Source: Acidimicrobiales bacterium
GTDB taxonomy: Bacteria; Actinomycetota; Acidimicrobiia; Acidimicrobiales; Aldehydirespiratoraceae
Assembly: GCA_965116195.1 (NCBI GenBank)
Contig: OZ220491.1
Coordinates: forward strand, 336,042-400,041
DNA: 64,000 nt
Reading direction: 5' to 3'
Shown here: piece after piece, positions 46,973 to 55,077 of the stretch
Numbering within the stretch: position 1 is the first letter of the stretch
Layout of the letters: each line of letters opens with the position of its first letter
Program-made: the position numbers and the translations under genes
Notes under the pieces: generated by a model
Seen by the model: only the letters and a program-made list of their open reading frames with translations
The model's database searches: none
Told to the model about the DNA's origin: nothing

Positions 46973-49284
46973 GCGAGTTGATGCGGGACCGTATAGTTCA
47001 AATCCTAAGAGCTGCTGAAACGTATGACCCGAACACGAAATGTGCTCCGATTGCACTGCTGTGGCCAGACGGTGAGCGTCAGTGGCAGTCGCTTGTTCCC
47101 TGTCTCCGTAGGCATTTGCGGGTCGTGAGTCTTGGGCCTTTTGATGTTGAGCCGTGGCAGGGACCCGCCTACTGGCTTCGCTGTGTGATCGCAGAGACCG
47201 TGAAACTTCACGGGTTACCTCTTGGGACACCGGTCGTCTATCTGCCAGGGGTATCCCGAAACTCTCTATGCACCATTGATGCGGTAGATGATCCACTGGC
47301 ACCCTTGCGTGCGATCCAGCATCTATGCCAGTGGATCAGCCATCCCAACGGCAAGGACTGGACCGTCAGAGCGATGCTCTCCAACAAGGAGTGCGGACTC
47401 GGCCTCAGAGTCGCGCGCAACCCAGAAACGGCTGAAGCGCTAGTGGCTAGCCTTCCGAAACTTGCGGCGCAGCGCTGGGATCGGCTTGAAGAGAAGTACG
47501 TTGATGTTGACTTCCTCAACAGTCTGCTGAACCCGGACCCGGTCCGGTCCATGTTGGATTGGCTTGACGAGCCAACCGAAATGCGGGCATCGCTTTCTGA
47601 TGAGGAGTGGACTGCGTTTGTGCAACAGTGCAGGAATGACTTTGGGTTTGACCCGGCCACGCAGGGAGAGATTGAAGGCGCTCGCCAACTCGGGTTCCGC
47701 GAAGGCCGTTGGGACGATGTTTGGCACCGGTTCAGAGAGAACCCCACTGGTTTCCCGGGAATTCCGGATCGGTTGCGCCAAGCCCAACCGAGCGAATTGC
47801 TGCCCCAGAGTCCAGGCTCTTGGCCCGTCCTTGCATCGGAAGAAGAGGAGCAGCTTTGCAAGGCCTTGAAACGCCTCGTGGAAGAGACGCCTGAGGAGGC
47901 TCGCGCTCGACTCCTGGAACTTGAGAACGGACACGGCGTGCGCCGCAGTTACGTCTGGGCGGACCTTGGCAGGACACCTCTTGCGCTTGCCCTTGAGTAT
48001 CTAGCAGAACTGGCGCGCCTGACATCAGCGGGAGCCGTTGGTACGACGGTGGAATCAATTGCTGAGTGGTACGCATCAGCGGGCTGGAGGGCAGACTGGG
48101 CAGTGCTGGCTGCACTGGGTGAGGTGGACCGCCAAGATGACATTGCAGCAGTCGTGGCTGCGGTCGCAGCCGTCTACAAACCGTGGGCCGACGCATCCGC
48201 ACGATCACTTCAGTCAGCTGTTGGCCCTATGACGAATTCTGCAACGTACATTGCATCATCGCCCCCTGTGCTGGAAAGCGGCGATGTTGTGGTTTTCGTT
48301 GATGGCTTGCGGCTTGACATCGCAAATCGTCTGAAAGATCAATTATCCAGTTCCGGACTTGAAGCCGACCTTTCGACCGAACTCGCCGCGCTTCCAACCG
48401 TCACTCAGACCTCCAAGCCAGCACTTATTCCGGTTGACCAGAGTGTCTTGGCGGCAGGGCCTGACCTTGACGCGAGACGCGCACCGGATGGCCCCGCTGC
48501 GCGAGTCCGCATACTGCGTGGTCTGATGACTGCTGCTGGCGTTCAGGTGCTCGGTGACACCGATGTCGGCGATCCCACCGGTGTGGCATGGACGGAGACT
48601 GGCCAGATTGACGAACGAGGGCACGATCTCGGCCTCCGACTCGCACACGAAGTCGACGACGAAGTGAAGCGCATCGCCACACGCATTAGTGAACTGTTGA
48701 GTGCCGGCTGGAAACGAGTCACTGTCGTAACGGATCACGGCTGGCAACTTGTGCCGGGAGGTCTTCCGAAGAACGAAGATCTCCCGCTCGCCGTCACCGA
48801 AACGAGAAAGGGGCGGTGCGCCAGGATTAAAGAAGGTGCCGATACTGTGGTGCCGACGGTGCCTTGGCACTGGGATCCTGAAGTGAGAATTGCGGTAGCA
48901 CCTGGCATCTCCTGCTTTGAAGCCAACAGGACTTACGAGCACGGCGGTGTCAGTCCTCAGGAGTGCGTCGTGCCTCGCCTCAGGGTCAAGCGGGGAGCCG
49001 CAGAGACCGCAGGCGCGGCGATAACAAGCTTGAAGTGGCGAGGGCTTGCTCTTGTCATTGAATGCTCCGAGTTGCCTAATGGGGCCACGATTGACCTTCG
49101 ATCCTCAGCGGGCGACATAGCATCAAGCATCGCCGCCCGAGCGCGCTTGACCAGTGACGAAGGAAAGGTGATCCTGCTCGTCGGTGATGAGGATCTTGAA
49201 GGACAGCGGGCCCACCTTGTTCTTGTCGGAGCGGACGGGTCCTTACTTCTCCAGCGTGAAACAATGGTGGGACAGAACCGATGA
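46969..49284 (+). CDS. pglZ: BREX alkaline-phosphatase-superfamily protein PglZ
   Basis: ATGA overlap with pglX. PglZ-domain elements are VVFVDGLRLDIANRL, PTVTQTSKPALI, VTDHGW and YEHGGVSPQECVVP. Confidence 0.85.
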   Translation: MSELMRDRIVQILRAAETYDPNTKCAPIALLWPDGERQWQSLVPCLRRHLRVVSLGPFDVEPWQGPAYWLRCVIAETVKLHGLPLGTPVVYLPGVSRNSLCTIDAVDDPLAPLRAIQHLCQWISHPNGKDWTVRAMLSNKECGLGLRVARNPETAEALVASLPKLAAQRWDRLEEKYVDVDFLNSLLNPDPVRSMLDWLDEPTEMRASLSDEEWTAFVQQCRNDFGFDPATQGEIEGARQLGFREGRWDDVWHRFRENPTGFPGIPDRLRQAQPSELLPQSPGSWPVLASEEEEQLCKALKRLVEETPEEARARLLELENGHGVRRSYVWADLGRTPLALALEYLAELARLTSAGAVGTTVESIAEWYASAGWRADWAVLAALGEVDRQDDIAAVVAAVAAVYKPWADASARSLQSAVGPMTNSATYIASSPPVLESGDVVVFVDGLRLDIANRLKDQLSSSGLEADLSTELAALPTVTQTSKPALIPVDQSVLAAGPDLDARRAPDGPAARVRILRGLMTAAGVQVLGDTDVGDPTGVAWTETGQIDERGHDLGLRLAHEVDDEVKRIATRISELLSAGWKRVTVVTDHGWQLVPGGLPKNEDLPLAVTETRKGRCARIKEGADTVVPTVPWHWDPEVRIAVAPGISCFEANRTYEHGGVSPQECVVPRLRVKRGAAETAGAAITSLKWRGLALVIECSELPNGATIDLRSSAGDIASSIAARARLTSDEGKVILLVGDEDLEGQRAHLVLVGADGSLLLQRETMVGQNR

Positions 49285-51740
49285 CCGGACTAGACATGCT
49301 GGACAACCTCGCCGCCGAAGTCTTTGATGGTTACCTGGTCAAGAAAGACCTCGCACAACAATTTCGTGGCCAATATCCCGTCCCAACTTATGTCGGCGAG
49401 TTCATGCTTGGACGTTACTGTGCCACCACCGACCCCGACGGCATCGCAGCCGGCCTTGAGATGGTTCAGCAGTCCATGCAAGACCGAACCGTCCGAGCCG
49501 GTGAAGAGGAACTGTTCAAACACCGCGCCCGCAACAAGGGTCGAGTTAAGATCATTGACCTTCTCAGAGCTCGACTTGATCCGAAGAGTGACGCTTACAA
49601 GGCCGAACTTCCCAGCCTCCAGCTCAATGACATCCATATTTCGCCCGAACTAGTGGATGAACACCAGCGCATGCTCACCGGCGGCTTCTACGCCGAAGTC
49701 AAATTAGAGTACATCGCCGCCCTTGCCAGTGAGCAGGGCGGCCAACCCTTTCGTGTCGAAGCGATCCGACCGATACAAATGTCTACTCGAAATGCTCTCG
49801 GGACCTTCATCAAAGGCCGATCTGAGTTCACGCTTGACCAATGGCGGCAACTTCTCCTCCGGAGCGTCGGATTTGAGCCGTCGCGCCTCGGCTCCCGCCA
49901 ACAGGACATCCTGATCGCTCGGATGGTGCCCTTTGTCGTTCGCAACTACAATGCCGTTGAACTCGGCCCGCGCGGCACCGGCAAGTCCCATCTGTACCAG
50001 CAGGTCTCGCCCTATGCACATCTTGTCTCTGGTGGCAAAGCCACGATCGCAAGCATGTTCGTCAACATGAACACGGGGCGACGCGGCCTCGTAGCTCAGT
50101 ACGACGTGATTTGTTTCGACGAGGTTTCTGGTGTTTCCTTTGACCAGAAGGAAGGTGTCAATATCCTCAAGGGCTACATGGAGTCTGGCGAGTTCAGCCG
50201 AGGCCGTGAATCGATTCGTGCTGAAGGCGGCATCGTCATGGTGGGCAACTTCGACATTGACGTTGAAACTCAGCTGCGGGGCGGCCACCTCATGTCTCCA
50301 CTGCCCAAAGAGATGCGCAACGACACCGCTCTCATGGACCGCATCCACTCGTACCTGCCTGGCTGGGACGTGCCCAAACTCGACCCCTCGTACTTCACTA
50401 AGCACTTTGGGTTCGTGAGCGACTACTTGGCTGAGGTGTGGAGCCAACTACGAGGAGCCACGCGACTTGATGCAATCCAAGGGCGTCTCAACTGGGGCAG
50501 CCAGCTCAGCGGGCGCGACCGCAAGGCAGTCAACAACACCATTGATGGGTTACTCAGGCTCTTGTACCCGAACCCCGAGATGGAAGTCCCTGACCACTTC
50601 CTCAGTTGGGCAGCCACGCTCTCACTGGAGACGCGACGGCGTGTGAAGGAGGCGCAAGCCTTCATCGGAGCTAAGGAGTTCGGTAAGACCGATCTCTCGT
50701 TCAGCATCGGCGATGGACCCGAGGTGATTGTCTACTGCGAAGAGACCAGGAGGTATCGAATGCAGATGCAGAGTGAAGCGCAGGACCGTGCAGGTACCAG
50801 GGGCACCACCGACAGCGAGTTGCTGCCAGCCCCAGACGCTGATGATGTCTCGTTGTGCATACCGTCTCGGGACTACACCGTTGGTGACACTATTGGTGGG
50901 CGTTTCGAGGTCAAGGCGATCCTAGGAGCAGGCGGTTACTCCAAGGTTTATCGAGTTCACGATGTTGTCGAGAGCGAAGAACGGGCTCTCAAGCTCTTTG
51001 ACAGCGCAGCCGGATACGACGCAGTTCGGCGGGAGATCGGAGCTTTGCGCAAGGTCAAGCACCCCAATGTCGTCGAAGTCATCTGGGCTGACCGCACCGA
51101 GTTCAACGAGTGGTACCTCATCATGGAGTTCGTTGACGGTGAACTTCTTTCTGACTACACCACAGGGAAGAAACTCCGGGATCGCGAAGTCGTTGATATC
51201 GGCCTTGACCTACTCGATGCTCTTGTGGCGATCCATCCCGACACCGAACGACTTGATGCACTTGATCAAAAGAAAAACCAAGGCGAGATCAGCGCCGATG
51301 AGTTCAATGAATTGGTGTCATCCAGCGATAACGCACTCGTGCACCGCGACATCAAGCCCCAGAACATCGTGCTTACCCGATCGGGTGCGAAGTTACTTGA
51401 CTTTAACATCTCGTCACGAGTCGGCGACCCCGTACGCACTGTCTCGGGAACGCCGCCCTATCGGTCACCCGACGCAGACTTAACCCGATGGGATGTCTCC
51501 ACGGATCTCTTTGCCGTGGGTGTGACGCTATACGAACTCCTCTGTGACGGCGAGCACCCATACCCACAAGCGCGTCCCATGCCGGATTTCCAACCTCGCG
51601 ATCCTCGACGGTTCCGAAGGGACCTAAGCGAAGACATGGCCGAGTTCCTCCTGCGTGCATGCGCTCCCAATCGAGCCACTCGCTTCCAAACATCAGCCGA
51701 GATGAAGGCGGCTCTTGAAAAAACCCGTACCACGCTGTGA
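49281..51740 (+). CDS. brxL: BrxL-like AAA+ ATPase fused to a Hanks-type Ser/Thr protein kinase domain (no Lon protease domain)
   Basis: ATGA overlap with pglZ. Residues 1-~488 match BrxL throughout (FDGYLVKKDL, PTYVGEFMLGRYCAT, IRPIQMS, ELGPRGTGKSHLY, DVICFDEVSG, MDRIHSYLPGWDVPK, FVSDYLAEV, LSGRDRKAVNNTIDGLLRLLYP). Residues ~541-815 carry kinase subdomains LGAGGYSKVY, ALKLF, EIGALRKVKHPNVV, HRDIKPQNIVL, DFNIS, GTPPYRSPD, DLFAVGVTLYELL. Confidence 0.85.
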   Translation: MTGLDMLDNLAAEVFDGYLVKKDLAQQFRGQYPVPTYVGEFMLGRYCATTDPDGIAAGLEMVQQSMQDRTVRAGEEELFKHRARNKGRVKIIDLLRARLDPKSDAYKAELPSLQLNDIHISPELVDEHQRMLTGGFYAEVKLEYIAALASEQGGQPFRVEAIRPIQMSTRNALGTFIKGRSEFTLDQWRQLLLRSVGFEPSRLGSRQQDILIARMVPFVVRNYNAVELGPRGTGKSHLYQQVSPYAHLVSGGKATIASMFVNMNTGRRGLVAQYDVICFDEVSGVSFDQKEGVNILKGYMESGEFSRGRESIRAEGGIVMVGNFDIDVETQLRGGHLMSPLPKEMRNDTALMDRIHSYLPGWDVPKLDPSYFTKHFGFVSDYLAEVWSQLRGATRLDAIQGRLNWGSQLSGRDRKAVNNTIDGLLRLLYPNPEMEVPDHFLSWAATLSLETRRRVKEAQAFIGAKEFGKTDLSFSIGDGPEVIVYCEETRRYRMQMQSEAQDRAGTRGTTDSELLPAPDADDVSLCIPSRDYTVGDTIGGRFEVKAILGAGGYSKVYRVHDVVESEERALKLFDSAAGYDAVRREIGALRKVKHPNVVEVIWADRTEFNEWYLIMEFVDGELLSDYTTGKKLRDREVVDIGLDLLDALVAIHPDTERLDALDQKKNQGEISADEFNELVSSSDNALVHRDIKPQNIVLTRSGAKLLDFNISSRVGDPVRTVSGTPPYRSPDADLTRWDVSTDLFAVGVTLYELLCDGEHPYPQARPMPDFQPRDPRRFRRDLSEDMAEFLLRACAPNRATRFQTSAEMKAALEKTRTTL

Positions 51741-51968
51741 CAGCAGGACGACGGCTCAATGGTCGTCGTGGCGCAGGCCCGAACAAGCAAGCGGGCATTC
51801 GCGGTGTGGTCGTCGTGCGGTGGAGCCGAATGGGGTTGTGGTTGGAACTGGACGACATCGCTGGTAGCATCGAATCACATCAGTGTCATTCGCAGCAGTT
51901 GAGTTGGCTGCTGCGGTGGCTGTCACACCCATCCTGCACAGTTAGGTGACGCAGAAAGTAGGAACCCC

Positions 51969-53012
51969 ATGAATCCCGAAACAGCCTTCAAACAGTTTGA
52001 GCCGATCGTTAACGCGGATCCGGAGTTGTTGAAGGCTGCGCGGCTGCGGCGAGATGCTTTCGTGGGCGCGTTCGCACGAGAGCAGGTTGTTGTTGAGGCC
52101 CGCGCGATTGGTTCGTTGGAACGCAAGACACAGAAGTCGCCCGTGAACGATGTTGACATTTTGGTGGTGTACGACAGCCGGGCTCATTCCGATTGGGGGT
52201 TCGAAGCGATTGACTGGACGAGCGCCGAGGCGATCAAGAAAACCGCGCAAAGGGTTCGGGACCTCTTGGGCAAGGATGGGTCGGAGTTGAAGTTGTTGAA
52301 CCCCGATGGTGGTTCAGACTTGTACGTGCGACAGGCCCGTCCCAAGCGCCACTCAGTGAAGTGTTTCCTCGACAAGGCCGGTGAAGAGGATGCATTCACG
52401 GTTGATGTTGTTCCGGCGGTTAGCCACCCAGATCAGGGCGTCTGGATTCCGGAGATCAACTTCAACGAAGACGATGTGGGAACATGGATACGCAGTGACC
52501 CGGAGCATCTGATCACGTGTGCCAAGCAGTTCCAGGAGGAGTGGAACTTGTGGGTCCCGGTTGTCCGGGCGTTGAAGTACTGGAACAGTGAGCGTGGCGC
52601 GGGGATGTCCTCACTCTATGTGGAGATCATGGCTCATACGGCTTTGCCTCGCAACGACTCGCGATCTGGGGGGATCGCAAGATTCTTCCAGGCTGGGGAG
52701 TACCAGGTGTCGGCCGAGTTGAGCGATCCGGCCGGTCTGTGTGGGGCGATCCAGCCAGACCTTGACGTTGAGAATGCCCGAAAATGCCTCGCCGAAGCAG
52801 CCGAACTCGCGTGTAAGGCAGTTAAGGCGGAGGCCGATGGTCGAGTGGACGACGCTGTGTGCGCGTGGCGCTCAATTTTCGGCAGAGAGTTCCCGTTGCC
52901 ACCAAGAGGATGTAACGGATCCGCGTCAGCAGCTCCGGTGTTGGTTGGTGTTGCCATGCAGTCGGACCGGAATCCAACACCGCGGCGGGTGAAGGACAGT
53001 CCGCAGGGATGA
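51969..53012 (+). CDS. CBASS cGAS/DncV-like nucleotidyltransferase (CD-NTase, SMODS-type)
   Basis: Pol-beta NTase core GSLERKTQKSPVNDVDILVV plus a third acidic residue in FTVDVVPA. It also has WIRSDPEHL and VVRALKYWN elements, and a disordered tail ending ...RRVKDSPQG. Confidence 0.75.
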   Translation: MNPETAFKQFEPIVNADPELLKAARLRRDAFVGAFAREQVVVEARAIGSLERKTQKSPVNDVDILVVYDSRAHSDWGFEAIDWTSAEAIKKTAQRVRDLLGKDGSELKLLNPDGGSDLYVRQARPKRHSVKCFLDKAGEEDAFTVDVVPAVSHPDQGVWIPEINFNEDDVGTWIRSDPEHLITCAKQFQEEWNLWVPVVRALKYWNSERGAGMSSLYVEIMAHTALPRNDSRSGGIARFFQAGEYQVSAELSDPAGLCGAIQPDLDVENARKCLAEAAELACKAVKAEADGRVDDAVCAWRSIFGREFPLPPRGCNGSASAAPVLVGVAMQSDRNPTPRRVKDSPQG

Positions 53013-53524
53013 CCATGGAGCCCCGAACGTGGGACGAAGTGTTGCCCAACCGTCTAGTCTGGGAACTTGCGCAGATGAAACGGGTCGCTCCTGAACTCTC
53101 ATGGAGCGACTCGGACAAGGAGTGGTCGGGGCTGGCACCGGTGTGGCCATTTGATCGGCCTCGTCCCCCGAAGCTCTGCGCATTTCTCAATGGGGATCGT
53201 TTCAAGCTAAAAATCGTTCCATCGCCTGCGCATCCTGCGGTGCCGCCCAAGATCTGGCCGGTAGAGCCCCGCACAGAGTTCGTGCATCGCTCCGACACGG
53301 CCTGGCATACCATCGGTGATGGGTCATTGTGTGTAGTGCGGGAGTACTACACATGGACCGGCGTTGAAGCATGTGCAGCGCTGGTGCCTACTGCCGCCGG
53401 CTGGTTCTTGGAATTCTTGTTGAGGACCGCAGGTGTCATCAATGCGATGACTGCGCATGGCATTGAGACCTCCGCCGAACTGGACGACCTGTTCGTTCCG
53501 TCCAATCGTAGGTCGTATGGGTGA
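53009..53524 (+). CDS. cap2: E2 (UBC)-like domain protein, Cap2 N-terminal part
   Basis: ATGA overlap with the CD-NTase. HPAVPPKIWP...HRSDTAWHTIGDGSLCV resembles the E2 HPN...C catalytic-cysteine region. Confidence 0.55.
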   Translation: MTMEPRTWDEVLPNRLVWELAQMKRVAPELSWSDSDKEWSGLAPVWPFDRPRPPKLCAFLNGDRFKLKIVPSPAHPAVPPKIWPVEPRTEFVHRSDTAWHTIGDGSLCVVREYYTWTGVEACAALVPTAAGWFLEFLLRTAGVINAMTAHGIETSAELDDLFVPSNRRSYG

Positions 53525-53874
53525 ATAGCCAAGTGTGTTTGGTGACCGCGGCCAGCGTCCTCAAAGACCTCAGTTGCGCTAACGCAGGTTGGGGTTGGCT
53601 GGACCTGAAGGTGTCGCCGGCTGAGGGACTGGCAGCTATTGAGGCGTACATCTACGGACGCTCCTCGAATCACAGGCGAATCGGGGGTCGCACTCGTGAT
53701 CTTCCTATGATGCATCGTCTGCGACAAGCCGAATTCGTTTCGAAGGCAGCTGTTTGGTATCGCGCGAAACCTGAGGTGGAATTGGTGGAATTGCATCAAT
53801 TTATGGCGCGGCGGCCAAGTCCAGGTCTCCCGGTGAGTTTGCTTTCGAGAGCTAGTCAACCAAGGATGGGTTGA
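53521..53874 (+). CDS. hypothetical ORF in the position of the Cap2 linker region (possibly a frameshifted segment)
   Basis: The GTG start overlaps the E2 stop as GTGA. It is a 117-codon open frame. It sits in a different frame from the E2 and E1 ORFs, which share one frame with each other. Confidence 0.35.
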   Translation: MNSQVCLVTAASVLKDLSCANAGWGWLDLKVSPAEGLAAIEAYIYGRSSNHRRIGGRTRDLPMMHRLRQAEFVSKAAVWYRAKPEVELVELHQFMARRPSPGLPVSLLSRASQPRMG

Positions 53875-53941
53875 ACCGCCCAGTGATGGAGTCTTTTTTG
53901 TCCTGATAGAGGATCGGTCTATCGAACCAACCCAGTGGACC

Positions 53942-54832
53942 GTGTGGGATCTGTCCGACGGCACTGCAGTCCCGATATGGATGGTCATCTACGACAAGGA
54001 GCAAATTCCCGCTTCCGTGTACGAAGGCCACTGGCCTCTAGGTGAGGTAAACGCCGCAACGGTAGCTGTGGTTGGAGTTGGCTCAATCGGCTCTGCAGCT
54101 GCGCTGGGGTTGGTGGACTACGAGATCGGCAACCTCGTCTTGATTGACTTCGATCGCTTGCAGCCTCACAATATCGCCCGACACCGTTGCGGACCAGAGC
54201 ATATCGGCCGGTTCAAGGTGGATGCCGTCGCTGATCTCATCCGAACTCGGTCAGATGTGAGCTTAAGTCCATTGCGATATAGCGTCATTGATCACGCCGA
54301 TCTGATCAGGCCCGTTCTTGACAGTGTTGACGTCGTCGTCTGCTGTGTAGATGGGGTTGCTGCTCGCCAGGCAACCTCTCACCTGTGTTCAACATCGGCG
54401 ACCAGCGCGATCTTTGCGTGTGTGCTTGAAAACGGCGCACTGGGAGAAATCGTTCGTGACCCGGCGCGAAGCGATGTTGGCTGTCTGCGATGCCACCGCA
54501 TGGAACTCGAAGCGTCCGGATGTATGGATCCGGAGCCGACGCTTGACTTGGAATACGGAACGGGAACGACGCATCGACCGATGACAGCCATTGGGGGTGA
54601 TTTGGTGCTTATGGGCCAGTTGGCAGCTAAGGCTGCCGTCACCACCATTCTTGAGCGGCGGGGCTACCGAGATCAGCGACTGGCAAACGATCACCTTGTG
54701 ATTGGCCTGCGACCTGACGAGCAGTGGGAAGCCCCGTTTGATCAGACCCGTGTTCTCAATGTCGGAGCAGCACCTCTCCCGCCACCCAACCCCGAGTGTC
54801 CGTTATGTTGTGGCGACCGCGTCTACGCATGA
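53942..54832 (+). CDS. cap2: E1 (ThiF/MoeB)-like adenylation domain protein, Cap2 C-terminal part
   Basis: Rossmann loop VAVVGVGSIGSAAALGL, LIDFDRLQPHNIARH, Cys pairs CLRCH and CPLCC. The frame is open upstream to 53837 without a start codon, and GTG 53942 is the first candidate start. Confidence 0.65.
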   Translation: MWDLSDGTAVPIWMVIYDKEQIPASVYEGHWPLGEVNAATVAVVGVGSIGSAAALGLVDYEIGNLVLIDFDRLQPHNIARHRCGPEHIGRFKVDAVADLIRTRSDVSLSPLRYSVIDHADLIRPVLDSVDVVVCCVDGVAARQATSHLCSTSATSAIFACVLENGALGEIVRDPARSDVGCLRCHRMELEASGCMDPEPTLDLEYGTGTTHRPMTAIGGDLVLMGQLAAKAAVTTILERRGYRDQRLANDHLVIGLRPDEQWEAPFDQTRVLNVGAAPLPPPNPECPLCCGDRVYA

Positions 54833-55050
54833 CCAATGACATTCGTAGTGCTATCCGACTGTCGCGTCATAACGCACCGGCGGTGCTGAGACAAGTGGTG
54901 CGTTGTCGGGTTTACCTCGGCACCGGGCGTGAGCTAATAGTGACCGATGCGATTCGACCTGCTGCAGTGTGCTTTGAGAGTTACGACGGTTCGGGTCGCT
55001 GCTTGGGAGTTCACTGTCCGACGCGTCATCGGCCGATAGTTGCGCTATAA
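54829..55050 (+). CDS. 73-aa ORF in the position where Cap3 (JAB) is expected
   Basis: ATGA overlap with the E1 stop. It is too short for an MPN/JAB domain, and no ExnHxHx(7)Sx(2)D metal site is visible. Confidence 0.3.
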   Translation: MTNDIRSAIRLSRHNAPAVLRQVVRCRVYLGTGRELIVTDAIRPAAVCFESYDGSGRCLGVHCPTRHRPIVAL

Positions 55051-55077
55051 GGGGTTCAGGAGAGGAAACTGGAGGCT

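Noticed and set aside
54829-55050. Calling the 73-aa ORF a functional Cap3.
   Set aside because: It is less than half the length of an MPN/JAB domain, and the metal-binding HxH...S..D signature is absent.
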